DNA of 64,000 nt. Source: Takakia lepidozioides. Its lineage: Eukaryota; Plantae; Bryophyta. The notes beneath the pieces are model-generated. The model had not been told where the DNA came from. It saw only the letters and a program-made list of their open reading frames with translations, and made no database searches. Below, piece after piece: positions 24,838-39,608 of the stretch; positions within the stretch are counted from its first letter, which is position 1; each line of letters opens with the position of its first letter. The stretch spans positions 55,490,001-55,554,000 of the forward strand of contig CM060733.1 in the NCBI GenBank assembly GCA_030704615.1. Reading direction: 5' to 3'. A program made the translations under genes and the position numbers.

Positions 24838-27800
24838 ATGAAGTGGGAACGAGTGAAGGTGAAGCACAAAGTGAAGGAGGTTCTTGAGGGCAAGAAGTCC
24901 CCAGGCCGCAAGGGCGGCACAGCAGGGCCCGGGAAGAAGTGGGGCCATACATGTAACACGGTGAAGAATGGTCGCTATCTTTATGTGTTTGGTGGCTATG
25001 GCAAGGACGATTGTCAAACGCAGGACGTACATGTCTTTGACTCTGGTGAGATTCGCCTCTTCGTTCACATTGCTCTTGACAAATCATTTAATGGTTGCGG
25101 GACCGCACTGTCCGCAACAGTAACCATTTTTATAGGAGCTGAGCAAGCTTCCATGACTTGAAGCACGGGTGTCTGATCTGGTTGGGCTAGTAGAGCGGTG
25201 ATTCTTGGTAGAGAAACCTGCAGGCGTTATTGTATAATATTCGTGGCAGGAAAGAGGAGGAACTCCGCTGTGAGCTTTAGAATAGGACTACTGGGCGCGC
25301 TTTTTCACTTAGGGTTTCTGGATGAAGCAAGTTTCCACGACACCAGTGTATTTACCGCCTGACATCCTAGATTCTGCTGGTAGCTGTGATGGAAAATAGT
25401 TATTTGAGCGGGAACTTTGATGATGGGGAGCGCTTGTGCTTGACCCTATGCAAGTCCATCACACCTGTGCCCCTCGTTGAAGCAGTAATATTAAAGGGAA
25501 AGCCTTTCTTTCCATTCCAACCTTAAGCCAGTTCACGGTAACACAAACTACTGATTGTCCATGTGTGCTAAATTTAAACAGACCTGCGCAAGTCTCAATT
25601 GGGGGGGCGTTGCTTTAGTTCACTTATGTTAGTTAGGCTCTCTCTCTCTCTCTCTGTCCAGCATGGAGAGGAGGGCAGATAGAAATTGCAAGTGAATATT
25701 GGAGACGTGAGTTGGTATTCTGATCTGCCTGTTTCCCTTTTAGCTTGAATTGGACTGATGATCAGTGGGTGTCCTTTGGGTTCTGTACTAGTCAAGCAAA
25801 CATGGAGCAAGCCAAATGTTAAGGGGCTTCCTCCAACTCCACGGGACAGCCACACTTGCACCACTGTGGGCACCAGTCTCTTTGTGTTTGGTGGGACCGA
25901 TGGAACAAGCCCTTTGAAGGATCTCCATGTTCTTGATACAGGTAGAACTCATTGCATGGCCATTTCATAGTCGTCTGTTATGGGAGGGTTGGATATTTTC
26001 TTCACTGCAACACAAACAGTTAAAGAGGAAGCTTTCTCCAATGTTTATTGATTTTGGGGCCAGAAAAAGAAAATAACAGGGCAAGAGAGAGGGAGTTGTC
26101 ATAGGAGTAAAAATGGGTTGAGGGATGCTCACGCATGTATTCTCTGTGGTTCTTAATAGATCATAGTTGAGAACCCGGAGGAAGCGTTCCTTTTATAAGC
26201 CTTATGCCACAGCTGATGGTTGTAGTAGTTTTGATGGGAATTTATGAACACCTTTTTTCATAGATCATACTGGACTTCAGAATAGGTTAGCAAAGGAAGA
26301 CAAGCAGCAGGCTAGGTGTAGAAGCCATTATCTTGATTTGTATGTGTCAGGGATGTGCTCTGCTTGCACTAGTTGCTGCAAAAGAATTTCAGCGCTGTTC
26401 CTGACAGTGATTTATCTACCATGAAAGGCTGTGGGCAGATACAAGGACTATCCGTACTTCACTTTTTTTGTGGTGCATGATATCTATGTGGTTAGTTGGC
26501 TTGTTACTGATGCTTGAGACTGGCTGCAGTTACCAACACCTGGTCCATGCCCAAAGTACGTGGGGATGCACCATCAGCTCGGGAGGGCCATAGTGCGGCA
26601 CTAATTGGTTCACGTATTTTTGTGTTTGGGGGATGCGGGAAGTCCACTGATGAGTCTGATGAGACCTATTTCAATGATCTCTACATCCTGGATACAAGTA
26701 AGTGTTTCTGCCCCATTACTAACTGGATGGTGGAATCTGCGTAAGACAGGAGGATGTTCAAGTGGGAGGGGAAGGGGAACAGATTGTGTTGTGGTTATAG
26801 AACTACCTTCAGTTGATGGTATGCTCAGGTTATAAAAAGTTTTCTCAGATGTTGGGCGTTTCTTGAATCAGCAACGTTGATGTGGTCGAAAGCTGCTACC
26901 ACTGGTAATCCACCAGCTCCCCGAGACAGCCACTCTATGTCTTCATGGAACAACAAACTTATCGTGTTGGGTGGCGAAGATGCTTCCAACTCATTTTTGT
27001 CTGATATCTACATTCTTGATGCCGGTGAGTGGATCTTCTGCTTTCTCCATTGTGCCTTATCCATGTGTTCCAAGTAACGTGAGAAATGCAGGAATCTCAA
27101 AAGAGGCGAAGGTAAGGGTAGTAAGAGAAACCAATCCAGGGAAGTGACAAAGAGGGGAAGTAGGTGGTGCTTTGTTTCTGGTCCAATAATGTTCACAAGT
27201 GCATCTGTTGCAGAGACATACATTTGGAAAGAGCTGAGGACAAGTGGGCAAAAGATAATTCCACGAGCAGGGCACACTACAGTTGCCCTTCGAAGGCATT
27301 TATTTGTCTTTGGCGGGTTCACTGATGATCGCAAGCTCTTTGATGACCTTCATGTCCTCAACGTTGGTGTGTTCCCTCTCTCTTCCACATTTTCAGTACA
27401 GGTCAAATGAAGCCACAAAGTTACTTCATCTGTGGCACCTTGGCATGGAGGAGACAGACCCAAAGAGATAGGATGCACTGTTACACTTGATATCCAGCCC
27501 AGAAAGCTGTAGTAGGATGGTACTGAAAGCTGTTAAATCTGATTCTCTCTCACCTAAGAAGCCTTGAATCGAGCACAGAAACCTGTATTAAGATGGTACT
27601 GAATGTGTAAGTTTTCTTATGTAAGAAGCTCTGGATTCTGTTGCTATGCTTCCTCTGCTGCAGACAGTGGTGTGTGGACAAGAGCTGGGACCAGTGGCCA
27701 AGGACCTTCTCCCCGATTCTCTTTGGCAGGGGATGTGATTGATTCTGAAAGAGGCATCCTGTTGTTCATTGGTGGGTGCAATGAGAATTTGGAGGCACTC

Positions 27801-29807
27801 GATGACATGTACTATTTGGATACAGGTATGACATGTGGAAATGTGGGAAATATATAGTTAGTGCATGTGTATTTCTCAAGGGTAAGTATGATTGGTAATC
27901 TGAATTCTATATACGTCAATTTCATTAGCAGCACTTCCCTTTTGTTCCGCTGGCATGCAAAGTCTGAGGACTTGGTGGTGAAATACAAAGAGCTCCCCAT
28001 ATTAGTTTGGGCTTTTGCCACGAGTGCATTGAACCAAAGAAATAATTCTTGAATATGATTTTCGGGTGATCAATCACCTATGTACCCTTCTCAAGATATC
28101 TTGGTATTTTGCATGAGCAGAGATGAAGGCAGAGAAGCCAGAGTTTGAACCCAGGAGGGAGAAACTATCTTTGCGCAAGGAACTGAAAAGGAAGCGGCAG
28201 GAGCATTTAACAGGCGGGCCGGAAGATTACACTTCCCCTCTGGGTGCTGGTTCAGTTGGTAGGGTTCCTTTGCTTCTTCCTTCCTCTCTCTCCCTATCAT
28301 GCACATAGTTCATTCATCTAGGCAGTCCCGTTTCTTGATAGTTACCAAGAACCTAGAAAAGACTTTTGCTTGTATTACATCAGTCCTAGCTTTCTGTGTT
28401 ATTGTTTTACAAAGCAACAAAATTATATGTTGTCAGTGGAGTGGGTATCATACTTGTTCCCACTCTGGAGGAAGCACCCAGACGTGGGTTGTGATATGCT
28501 CCCCAACGCACCTTAGAGAAGGTCCTCATCAGACCTGGTCAGGAAAGAATGATAACAACCTTCTCTAAGGTAACATCTAGACAACACATCAGACTTGTTG
28601 TCAGCCACTTGTGGGGGTTAGATTGATGTATACTGGATGCATGAATGCTCCATGCATGTTTGTTAGCATTTGCGCGTGCAGAACAGTTTGAACACTTAAA
28701 GAGTAGATGAGAGGGGGTAGGCAGTTTTGTCAAGTCTCGACACCTGTGGAACCGAATGCAGGTCCAAGCCTGTATGGGGTGTATGACGTAGTGCCAGTGG
28801 CAGAGCGCATATTTGAGGCCAAGATTAGCGACGTGTTTCACTATGGCTTCACTCTGGAAGCCACCATCGATGGCAAACCCTTGCGTGGCCTTCTCTTTTC
28901 CTATAAGCCTGGCTTTGCTCACTCTGCCCATAACTATGTCACCAGGTTAGCCTCCTACACCATACTCTTTTTTTCACGTCTTTTTTGCATTTGTGATGTG
29001 CAGTTGTACTTGTAATGTGTGTGTTGAACGTTGGTAACCTAATACTCCTTGCTGATTTTTTAACTTGTAGAAAGAAGGCTGCGGAAGAATCGGCTCTTGC
29101 TAAGTTGCGGGAGCAGCGGAGACAAGAGCGGAAGATGGCCCGCTTTGCTAAAGCTCAGCAAAAGCGGGCGGATGCTGCAGCAGCGTCAGCAAAGGATCCC
29201 CGGGCCGTACCAACAGTATCCGGTCCTCCAACAGCTCAAGTCCCTCCTGAACCTTTCCAAAACTACCTGGTATGTGTCTAAATCATTTTTATCATCTTCG
29301 GCAACATACCCTTCTCTCGTGTGCTGTATGTGCCGATGTTTGCAATCCCGGGTTTGGTCTGAGCTATGTTATGTTTCCCTATGTGAGTCTCTTCCTGATT
29401 TTCAGGGATTGTTTGCATTTAATGCAAATGAGCTAAGTGTTACATATAACCAGCACTTGTGCATTTAGAGGGATGCTAATAGGATTGTGAGACACCTATA
29501 CCTTTATTACCAGTCTCCTCTCCCCATTTTTCCAAGGAATGATTTTTTTTTTTCCTGTTTGGTACATCTTTGAATGGCCTATTAGATTCCAGCCTTAATG
29601 TTGGACATCTGAGTACTAACGGGTTCTTTGTGGAATCTGAAGCAACAAATGCTGGGCACAAGTGGAACCGCTTCTCCGCCAGCCGAAGTGAATGATGCTA
29701 GCCAGCTTGTGAGCCCAGGGCTTGCAGGAGTTTCTCTTCCTGCAGCAGAAGCTGGCCACTCACCATCTCAAGAATTCGATACTCCCTCCACTCCACCAGG
29801 TCTATAG
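24838..29807 (+). CDS. Kelch-repeat (galactose oxidase/kelch superfamily) protein, multi-exon
   Basis: Exon-borne kelch repeats (WGHT..YVFGG, PRDSHT..FVFGG, AREGHS..FVFGG, PRAGHT..FVFGG) and a plant-type C-terminal block FEAKISDVFHYGFTLEATIDGKPLRGLLF. GT-AG introns; stop TAG at 29805-29807. Confidence 0.88.
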
Positions 29808-30113
29808 TTGTGGCTTTGATATTATGATATCTGAAGGCAGGTTTTTTAGGTTGATGTTTATCTGATTTGTCCTCACAATTTACAGTTTAGAGTCACCATG
29901 TTAACTCCTCTATGACCACAATGGTTGGCGGTAGAGATAATGAAGGGTCCAAACTGATAACAATGTAAATTGAAGGTGGGGTATAAGCTGGGTTCTACTT
30001 TCTTTTAATATTTGGTTACCTCTCAAATGCGAGTGCAGAGTTTACCAGGCCCTCATATTAGATGTAAGGTTCTACATTATGCAAGATTGGTCACCCTGCT
30101 AGCTTGTCTAACT

Positions 30114-30950
30114 CTATGATGGGTGTGGGTGGTTGCCCTCTACGCCGTGAAATGAATGGTCGAGCAGGAATACATGCAGGCACTCACCAGCTGACAGAGG
30201 AGCAGGCCACAGAGATGGATGAGTAGTGAAGAGCTTCATCATTTGATGTAGTTGAATTGGGCAGCACTTTCCTAACAGCTGAAGAGAAATCAATCTGCAA
30301 GTAGTAATCTTATTGTGTGTTAAGGACTTTGTCTGGTGAGCAGCATCGTGGCTTAAAGCCGAAGTGCCAAGTGTCCATTCGAGTGGAAGGGAGTAAGTTT
30401 TCTCAATTATGAATCCATTAAGACAGATCTGGGGAGAAACTGACTTGGTAGACATCAAACTATTGCATTAGACATGTTTGAGAGTCAGATGCCTTTCCAT
30501 GCACAAGCATGGATTTTGCTAGCACGCGGGGTCACAGATTATTTTGCTGTCATGAGTAGTCTTGGTTCGCCGGGAGTGAAATAGGTGATGGCAGGGATGT
30601 GGAAGCTCCCTGAAAGAAACAGAAATCACTGTGAAGGCTGTACATTAAGGAGCACATGATGGAACTTTGATGTACAAAGGGGGTTTATTTGAAGCAATTT
30701 TTATCTTATTGGAAGATGTGTGCGGGCTTGCAGCTGTGTCTGACGGAATCAGCTTTGTATACTATGTCACAGTGGTAGCACCCACATTGTAATATGCAGC
30801 AACCAACTTGGGTGGCATGCCATATGCCAAGAGGAACAAGAGCATGGCAACATCATGCTCCACCTCCACAGGTGGCCTAAGCTTGGTGACTGGCAACTGG
30901 ACTAAAGGTTGCAGAAACTGAATGGTGGGGGGTTGGTCTTTCTGCAACCT
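30114..30950 (-). mobile_element. PIF/Harbinger-like transposase remnant
   Basis: HTH-like LRPPVEVEHDVAMLLFLLAYG...YNVGATTV and a downstream SHDA motif; heavily decayed. Confidence 0.45.
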
Positions 30951-33900
30951 TTAGGGTTGGACCAGCCCATTATCGACCTCTCCTACTGCCCCCCTTCGGC
31001 CGGCGGGCCACAGTCGTCAGCCCGGAGGAGCAGCGGGCAATGAATAGAAACGTACTATAGCTTTGCCATACACTAATGATGAGAATGTATGGCGGCTTGA
31101 ACATGCCTTACTTCACATGTTAAATGAAATAAAAACAGAAGTAAGAAAAGCACAGAAAGTAAGTCATATGATTTAGTAAGGGAAAAATAGAACTATGCAT
31201 ATATTACATTAAATAGCATTGTATAAAAATTAAAATAATAATAATTATCGTATCTGAAACCCATTTAATATGGAAAAACCATCTTATTTCCTTTCTCCTC
31301 ATGATCTATTTTTGGATTAGTCTGTTGGGTGAATATACAGTGGTATATGGGTGACAGACTGATAGTAGGAATACTACTAACAATCCCCCTGTTACTTTTA
31401 TTAAATAAATTTAAAAAAAACTAATGAGGGCTGCAGTGTAATTGTTATGGCATGTTGGTGGTCTATATGGGGTGATGATTTGGGGGTTAGGTAAGTGACA
31501 TGCTCAAGGTGATTTCATAGGGTTGTAATTTATTCAAACACCAGAACATATAAACTAGTTTGGTGGTAACCAGTCCAATTTTTTAACAATGTGTTGTTTG
31601 AACGTGGGTGTGGGCAAGTATTTATAAAAACTAGTGTAGTTTATGTCAGGGTTTGTATTATTAACATTGCTATTAGTGTAAGTGGTAGAAATACAAGCCT
31701 AAAAATCCCTGCATTTGCAATATGTGTGACTTTGTGAGATAAATATTTTGTTCTACAAGATTGTATTTACAAGTTGGTGCTCTAATGGGGGCCAAGGTCA
31801 GATGTAGAATTGATTGGCTACATCAACATGGTAATATTACACGTTTTGTTTTTTCTCGAAGAATTGTTGGTGATAAGAATGTTTGTTATTTCAATATTCT
31901 CAATTTGTACTTATATGGTATATATACACACACAGAGAACCAAAAGAAATATTTACGCAACATAAGAGTTTCGGCATTATCATCAGCTATTAGCACAAGC
32001 ATATTATTTTCTGTTATCTGTACTATTTACAAATAATAAACTGAAACATGCTCATTAGAAAACCACAATAACATATAGAAGTGTTGTAGTGATGTCATTG
32101 AATATGTGGTCAAAGAAACAAAAGAAGAAAAAGAATGGAAAAAATTATGTTATCAAATAGCTTATCTTTATAAATCGTGAAATAAGTCTTTAAATATTCT
32201 ATGCATGAGCATTTAAAATAAATCTTCATGTCAAATATGTGTCGTTTATTTTAATCCTCCCTTTAGTTATAAAACCCTCAAACTGTGCTCCACCCCCTTT
32301 ATTTATCCTATAAGAGGGAGAAATAAAATAATATTAGAGCTTTAACATTAAACACGGTTTTGTCGACATTATTTGGTTGATCAAACATCTAATAAGTGCA
32401 GGGTGTACTTGTCAATGTTACCAAGGAAAAATGATGAATTATTTTTATATACATTCCGAATATTAAAACTTTGGTGGGCACTATGTTTCTCTAAAAAAAA
32501 GACATAAAAAAAAATATTCCTCGTATAGTTTCATAATATGATTTTCATGGTTGTCTCAACAACGTGCGCCCCTATGCATCTTAGATGAATACATATCAGA
32601 TGGCATGCTGCCTTACAAATGTATATTTATGTGGAAGGAACCAGACATAGAATCACGTGATATTTTGAATTGATCCTTTAAACTGAACTATTTAAATAAA
32701 TCACATGTTGCTATGTCTAGTTCCCCACACATATTTTCAGAAATTCTTCAACTTTGTCTCAATAACTTGTGGACTTCGACATCCTAGATGCACAGATCAA
32801 ATGACATGCTACATTACAACTACATATTCATATGAGAGATGAATGAGATTTTATAGAAATAGTTTTTAATCGATTCTTTAAAAGACACTTAAATGAATCA
32901 TATTTTGGCCAAGCCTAGTGGTTCCACATATATTTCATAAAATAATTCTTGATGTTGTCTCAACAACTTGTGCACCTCCCCATCATCGATGTGTACAGTT
33001 GTGATGTTTTTACATATAATGATCATATACAATACTATCAATGTCTCCTTTTATACTAAATAAGATACGAGATTCTAGAGGACAACTATGGGCATCTCTT
33101 TGAGTTTTGATGTCTACCATGTCTCTTCAATATTCAGATTTGAAGAGCAATTGTAGATGTTCTTTTATCTATTTTTAATGGGAAACCTGAGAGCGAGTTC
33201 TTAATTCAAACAAGCCTAGGTTGGGGGATGATCCTGGGCCCATTCATTGTTTGATAAAACCCGTTGGTACAAGGAACTGACCCATTTTCCAGGCCCATTT
33301 TCTGTCAGAAAAAACATTGGTGCCGAGTAGCAAAGAGTTCCAAAGCTTCGCCGGCAAATTTTGTGAAAAATGATACAATATCATCAGACCATTACACTCA
33401 TGGAAGTCACTTCCATTTTTTTTCAAACGGCATGCAAAAAACTATAGGGTAACATATATTCTTTGAAGGTAAAATCTACAATCCTCTTAGAAACAAATGC
33501 ATGCAATTCATGCAAGCCGTCTAGTAATTATGAATAGATAGTAAAAATCTGGAAGATCACACAATGTTTATTAATAAATATTGCAGTAACAGGATTTCAC
33601 CTGGATGACACAGAGGGTAATATCCTCATTTATGGCATGCACAAGAAGTTGAACTCCAGACCTAAAGGCCAAACAAAACTGGTTTTGACCATGAACGTTT
33701 ATCCAGGGGATATCATTCATTAGAAATATGGACAGAATATTCTGGTGGCAACTGTCTCCATCGAATTGGAGTGTAAGCGAAAGTATCGGTGCTAAAGCAG
33801 CAATAAGCAGCTGAACCCTTTGCATAATCCTGCCTTAGGAATGCAGGCCAATAAAATTGGGTACGCTTATTATTTGGATACCGCATTTAAATATAAATAG

Positions 33901-35899
33901 GGTTATGAATATATGCTCCAATTATATATTTTTTAGAACTACAGATTGGTTGTTCAATCTATGCAGAATTGGAAACTCCATAAACGGTCGGTTGCACCTT
34001 AGATGATGGGACTTGGTCTCAGCTTGGATGAGGGACTTGGTTTACAGAGGATATGTTTTGGTTTAGGATTCAGTGACTATGACATATGACACAGCTCAAA
34101 ATGTTTACACCCTGAATGGTGCTGATGTTGAAGCTCTCAATGAGTTTGTATCAAACAAATAACACTCTAAGAAAAAATTGTTTTACTTTAATGTTGGTAT
34201 AAGGTGTCAAATATCTGATAACTACAGTCAAATATCAAAAAATGGTTTATCAGATAATTATGCATATAATAAAATTAAATAATTATAGGGGTGGAGGAGA
34301 AAATAATAATATCCTCATAAAAATACCTTTATATCTTAGGTTTGCATAAAACTATACATGGAGTGGACTCCCCGAGCAGTTACATTTGTTATAATTTGAT
34401 GAGTGATAACATTCCCCTTTGTGTGTTCTAACTTCTTTATCATGCGACGCCTATAAGGCCATGTCCGTTTGATCACAAATGTCACCTTTGTTAATAGCCA
34501 TGAAGATTACAGTGATCTTGTTATGATTAGAAAGCTCGTTGTTCTGATATGTGTCTCGTCCTATGGTCAAGGTTCCAAATCATTTAGTTAACCAACAAGC
34601 CCAAATTCCTGGTATGCACCATTTGACGACATTTGGCTTACATTTGGCTTATTTCACCAAGATAGACACTTCGAAATTGAAGATAAACCCAATTCTCAGC
34701 TTGTAGTGGTGGTTGTTGCCCCATCAACAATATATATATATATATATATATATAAACTTGAACAGGGGAACAATATTAATAGTTATATACCACTATTTGG
34801 TAGCTCAGCTGGATAGTGTCTCGAGGTGATTTTGACCTAGTTGAGTGTGCTATTATTTCTCTCCTTGGTGTGTTCCATGAGTCTTGTACATACAAGTTGG
34901 CGCATTTGACCAGGTTTTCTTAAAAAATAAATAAAAATAATAACGCAACAGGGGACAGAGGCCCTGAAAACATTATTAATAATTGAAAAAAGAAAGACAT
35001 GCAAGGAAAAAATAACCTTGCAGGGCAGCCATAAGATCAACAAGGAGGCACCGCTCACTAACCAGAGTTCAGAGGCAGATCCTATCAGGGCACTAAGGGG
35101 GGAGATCTAAGAGCCTTTGTCACTCACACTCTCGTGGAGGGCTCAAACGACAGATCCTAGACTTAGTCCTCCTGTAACTACGCTGGTGGTGCCAGTTAAC
35201 CTCCTGCTCTTCACCTTCAGCAGGGGAGTCTTTTTCACTAATGGAACTCCCAACATGCAGGGAGGGTGTTGCAGGGAGGGTGTTTCGAGTTGCGTGGACT
35301 AGGTTACTTTTAAAGAGGTTATTATCTGACTATTGGGTGTTTATATCTTCACAACCGTCAAAAACATGCTTCTACCTTGCTTGTACATCACTACTCTTAA
35401 TCCATTTTGATTCTTTTATTTATCTGGAAAAACTCAAATTTTTAGAAATTTATAAGGATAAAACACAACTCCTTGGGAAAGCCATCAATTAAACTTTACT
35501 TCAAATAAATATACGTTTTATTATGTTTACTATCAATTTTATTCTTATCGGTAATTTGAAGTACTAAAAATTTAATATATGATGCCTCCTAAATGAAGCA
35601 TAAATTATGGTGTATCTTGACCTGGAAATGTTATCGCCTTCCGGTGGGAAGGTAGATACCAGTGTTGTACTGATATGTGTGGGTATGTGCCCGGGTCTGA
35701 GTAAGGATCAACCAATGGGGGGTGTCATTGAGAAAACACCCGGCTGCATGTAGAACTAATTAGGGTTTAGAAAAAATGACCTAACCACCTGTAAACCATG
35801 GGATTCTGGCACTTCAGATACAAACAGTGGGGAGGGTTCATGACACAACATACATCATTGTCCACCATACATTCTAAGCACACAATCCTAGAAAGCTAT

Positions 35900-38800
35900 G
35901 TCATAATCGCCTCCCTAGCTGGTGATTAGGTCCCTCTAACACCGGATAGTCGACAAGTATCCATCTCAATAAGATCATTGCTTGGTCTTCAATCGCACAA
36001 GTCCCAGTATCTGAAGTCGATAGATCAAGAGGTCGGATGCAGAAGTAGCCCCATCGTTAGTCGTCTTCCTGCAATCCATGGCTTTCACCATGGTATTCAT
36101 GGCGTTGAACTCCTACAAGCTAGACCTTGGGTCCTTGTCAACCTCACCATTGTCATGCCCACTACCTCTGTCCAAGGCATCGTGGACACAACCACTCTCC
36201 GCTAGGAACTTCCTCAAGTGGCGGTGTTAACATCTCATGTGCTACCTCTTTGAGCATTTGTCACACACCAACATGGTTGCGGCACCACCAACATGCCCAC
36301 ATAGCATGCAACGCAACCCTACAGGTACCATCTCATCCACAAGTGGAAGGTGACATGACGCACAATTGAGCACATGGTCCTTCCATACCATGCCATCTCG
36401 ACCCTCCAGGATAAACATTCATGAAGACAACACCTCCCGGACCCTTAGAATCACACGACCTGCTGTGACATCCAAGGTCGTAGGCGCTGTCTGCTGCACA
36501 TACACATAGTCCCCAAGATAGAAACGTCGAACACCTGGCCGATATCCCCCTCCACGTATAGTGGCATACTTCAATGTGTCTCGGTGTTGGGCAATAGAAA
36601 GGTTCTCAAAAGCCATAGGCATGACTCTCTTGAACAATTCTGCCCGCTGGGCACATGCTTGTGTCCACACATCCAGATCATCAAGGTTGAGGACTACTGC
36701 AGTTTCCCTGTGAATAGATACAGACAAATCTGGATCTCGGACAAAGAGAAAGAAATAAGGCGAGAACGAGGCAAGTGATGATTGCTTGCTAAACCTGTAG
36801 CCCATGGCCAACCAAGGTAGTTGAAGGTCCCAATCTCCCAGGTGTCCCTTCTGCAAACCGTACTTGCGTAAACCCCTCTTGACTGTCTGAACAACTCTCT
36901 CCGCCAAGCCATCAGCCTCGGGATGATCCCAAGAAGTAGTGCGGTGGTCTATCAAGGCTTGCTCACATAAAGCCTGAAACTCCCCCAAGAACTCTCTCCC
37001 CTGGTCCGTGAGTACCTCGGCTGGAGCATCAAATTGGCTAAACACTCGATCTAAGAATGCATACGCCGCCCCCTCACTTGCCTTGTCAGGCAATTCAATC
37101 CATTTAGGGAAGTATTCCACCATCACTAGCACATACTTTGTTATGGTGAATCGTTAGTGGCAATGGGCCTGCAAAGTCAAGACTCCAACAATAGCCCAAA
37201 TCCATAATGGGTAAATGATGCAACTGTGGAGTAGGTGCATTGAAGGAAGCCCGTACTCTATCACATACCATGCACCTTGCCACTAACTGCCTGCACATTT
37301 GCATGCATGCCCCGCCACCAGTACTGCCCTTGCAGCAAACTATGAGTGCGCAGCACGCCAAAATGTCCCAACTCCTCATGAGCATGACGTACCAATCGCG
37401 CTCGTTGTGTTGGATGAGGCACAATCCTCACTCGTCCATCCTCCCATACTCGGAGTAGGTGAGTCCCCTCCCACTTGAACATCTTGGCTCGTTGTAGGAT
37501 CCGATCTCTCTCCTTGGCGACCACACTGGCTGCTGTCTCTCCGGCACAAAGATAGGCCAACATTGTTGCATCTTCATACATATCCTTAACACCACCAAGT
37601 TCCTCACTGATCTCCGGATCGTCTTGCACACCATTTACATGACCAATCCTATGGGATGGACCAGCTTGAGCTCCCATTGCTAGAATGCACAAAAAGACAG
37701 ATGCGTGTCATCTTGACACCATCTCCTCGTCCGTCTCACCATGCCAACGAGCTCATGTACCATCAAACTTACTTGTGCATGGATTGCGACTCAATCCATC
37801 CGCATCCCGGTTGACTATTCTGGCTCGATGCACCACTTGGAAGTCGTACTCTTGAAGCATAAGTGCCCACCGTGTAAGCTTCCCTGTAAGCTTGTCTGAC
37901 TCCATCAACCACTTCAATGGTTGGTGATCTGCGACAATGCTGGTGAAGATATTGCCATACAGATAGCATCTGAAATGTGCCACTGCCCATACTGCAGCTA
38001 GACACTCTCCTTCATATGAGCTCTACTTCGCCTCAACATCATTGTTCGAGCGGCTAGCATATGCCACTACGAACTCTCTTCCCTCATCATCCACCTGTGT
38101 GAGCACTGCTCCAATCCCCAGCATACTCCAATCCGTATATAGCTGGAAAGGCCGCCCCCGAATAGGCCGCCTTAGAATAGGTGCAGAAGTCAATCGAGCC
38201 TTGAGTTCCTCAAAGGCTTCCTCCTGCTCCTCCTCCCACTGCCACTCCTGACCCACCTTGGTCAACTTGGCAAGAGCCTTTGCAATGCTACTAAATCCCT
38301 TGACAAACCGTCGATTGTAGTTTGTCAACCCATGAAAGCACAAACTTTGCTTACATCTATGGGGCGTGGAATGCGTGCAATGGCCTCCACCTTTGTCTGT
38401 TGAACACCTAATCCTCCAGGGTATATCATGTGGCCCAGATACTCAATCTGATCGTGGAAGAACTTGCACTTTCCAGGGTGCAGTTTCAATCCATGCGCCC
38501 CCGCTCAAACACCACCTGAAGGTGTCTCTCATGCTCCTCAACCGTGGCACTAAAGATGATGATATCATCAATGTAGCACTGGACGAAGTCTAGCCCTGCA
38601 AGAATCCTATCCATGACCCTATGAAATTATGCATAAGCATTCTTCAACCCAAATGGTATCATTCACATGCTAGTCAATCTCCCAGAATGTCGTCTTTTGC
38701 TTGTCAGCCTCTTTGATTCGCAACTGGTGATAACCCGATTATAAGTCTAATGTGCTAAATACCTTCGCATGCCTAATGGCATCAAATATTTCCTCTGGAG

Positions 38801-38900
38801 TTGGCATGACATATCTATCGGACTTAGTCTGACGGTTCACATGACGATAGTCCCCACACATCATTCTTTGTGTCCAATTGTCATAAATATCATTCATAGC
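35900..38900 (-). mobile_element. Ty3/gypsy element copy A (RT, RNase H, integrase, PHD), decayed and 5'-truncated; same family as copy B
   Basis: MCGDYR..., YTDWS, HAHEELGHFG, TDQGREF, DGLAER and a PHD remnant PPLEEVPSGEWLCPRC. A PPT-like 'ctagggaggcgat' lies near 35905-35920. Collinear with 39610-42640. Confidence 0.9.
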
Positions 38901-38902
38901 TG

Positions 38903-39608
38903 TGTCGTACGCATACATATCGCTACACAACTACAACGTTGTCCAAAACCACACAACACATGTGCACACCACACACTATTGTACCACTAGTCCACCACTA
39001 GTCCAGCCACTAATCCAACCACTAGGCTACAACTAGTCAATCACTAGGCTGCCACTATGCTGCCCACTATGGCAATCACTAGTCCACACAATGATAAAGA
39101 AGAAGAATACAAGCACAAGCTCATGCGAGCTCACAAAGCTGAAGCATAAACTCATGCATATATAAACTCATCACTCAAATACAAGTCAAGCCAAGTGCAC
39201 CCCACGCCATGGTGAATCCAAACTACGGCGCCATAGCTAGGCGCGGTGAGGCTCAACTCGAGAAAGATGAGCCTCCCGCGTTTGCCATGAAGATAACCAC
39301 TCCAGGGCCTAAATATGCCTTGACCCCTGGATTGACACTTGGGCCAATCCCAAATGTCAATATGTAAAAACTAGTTATTTCCTAGCTAGTTTCACATTAA
39401 TGGTAAAATAACTTGTCAACTGTCGTGCGCATACATATCGCTACACAACTACATCGCTGTCCAAAACCACACAATACATGTGCACACCACACACTAGTAT
39501 ACCACTAGTCCACCACTAGTCCAACCACTAATCCAACCACTAGGCTACAACTAGTCAGTCACTAGGTTGCCACTATGCTGCCCACTATTGCAGTCACTAG
39601 TCCACACA
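38903..39608 (-). repeat. 3' terminal repeat region of gypsy copy B: two 188-bp direct repeats (TG...CA) around a 330-bp spacer
   Basis: 38903-39090 and 39421-39608 are highly similar. A PPT-like 'taggggggcgat' immediately precedes 39608 on the - strand. Confidence 0.8.

Noticed and set aside
34795-34840. tRNA gene (TAGCTCAGCTGG A-box)
   Set aside because: No B-box, T-arm or cloverleaf follows.
31000-35600. Short ORFs in the AT-rich region
   Set aside because: No recognisable motifs; possibly very old decayed coding or TE sequence, but not supportable.
35670-35755. 5S rRNA-like / Cassandra-type segment
   Set aside because: Similarity is too weak by eye and there is no paired LTR.
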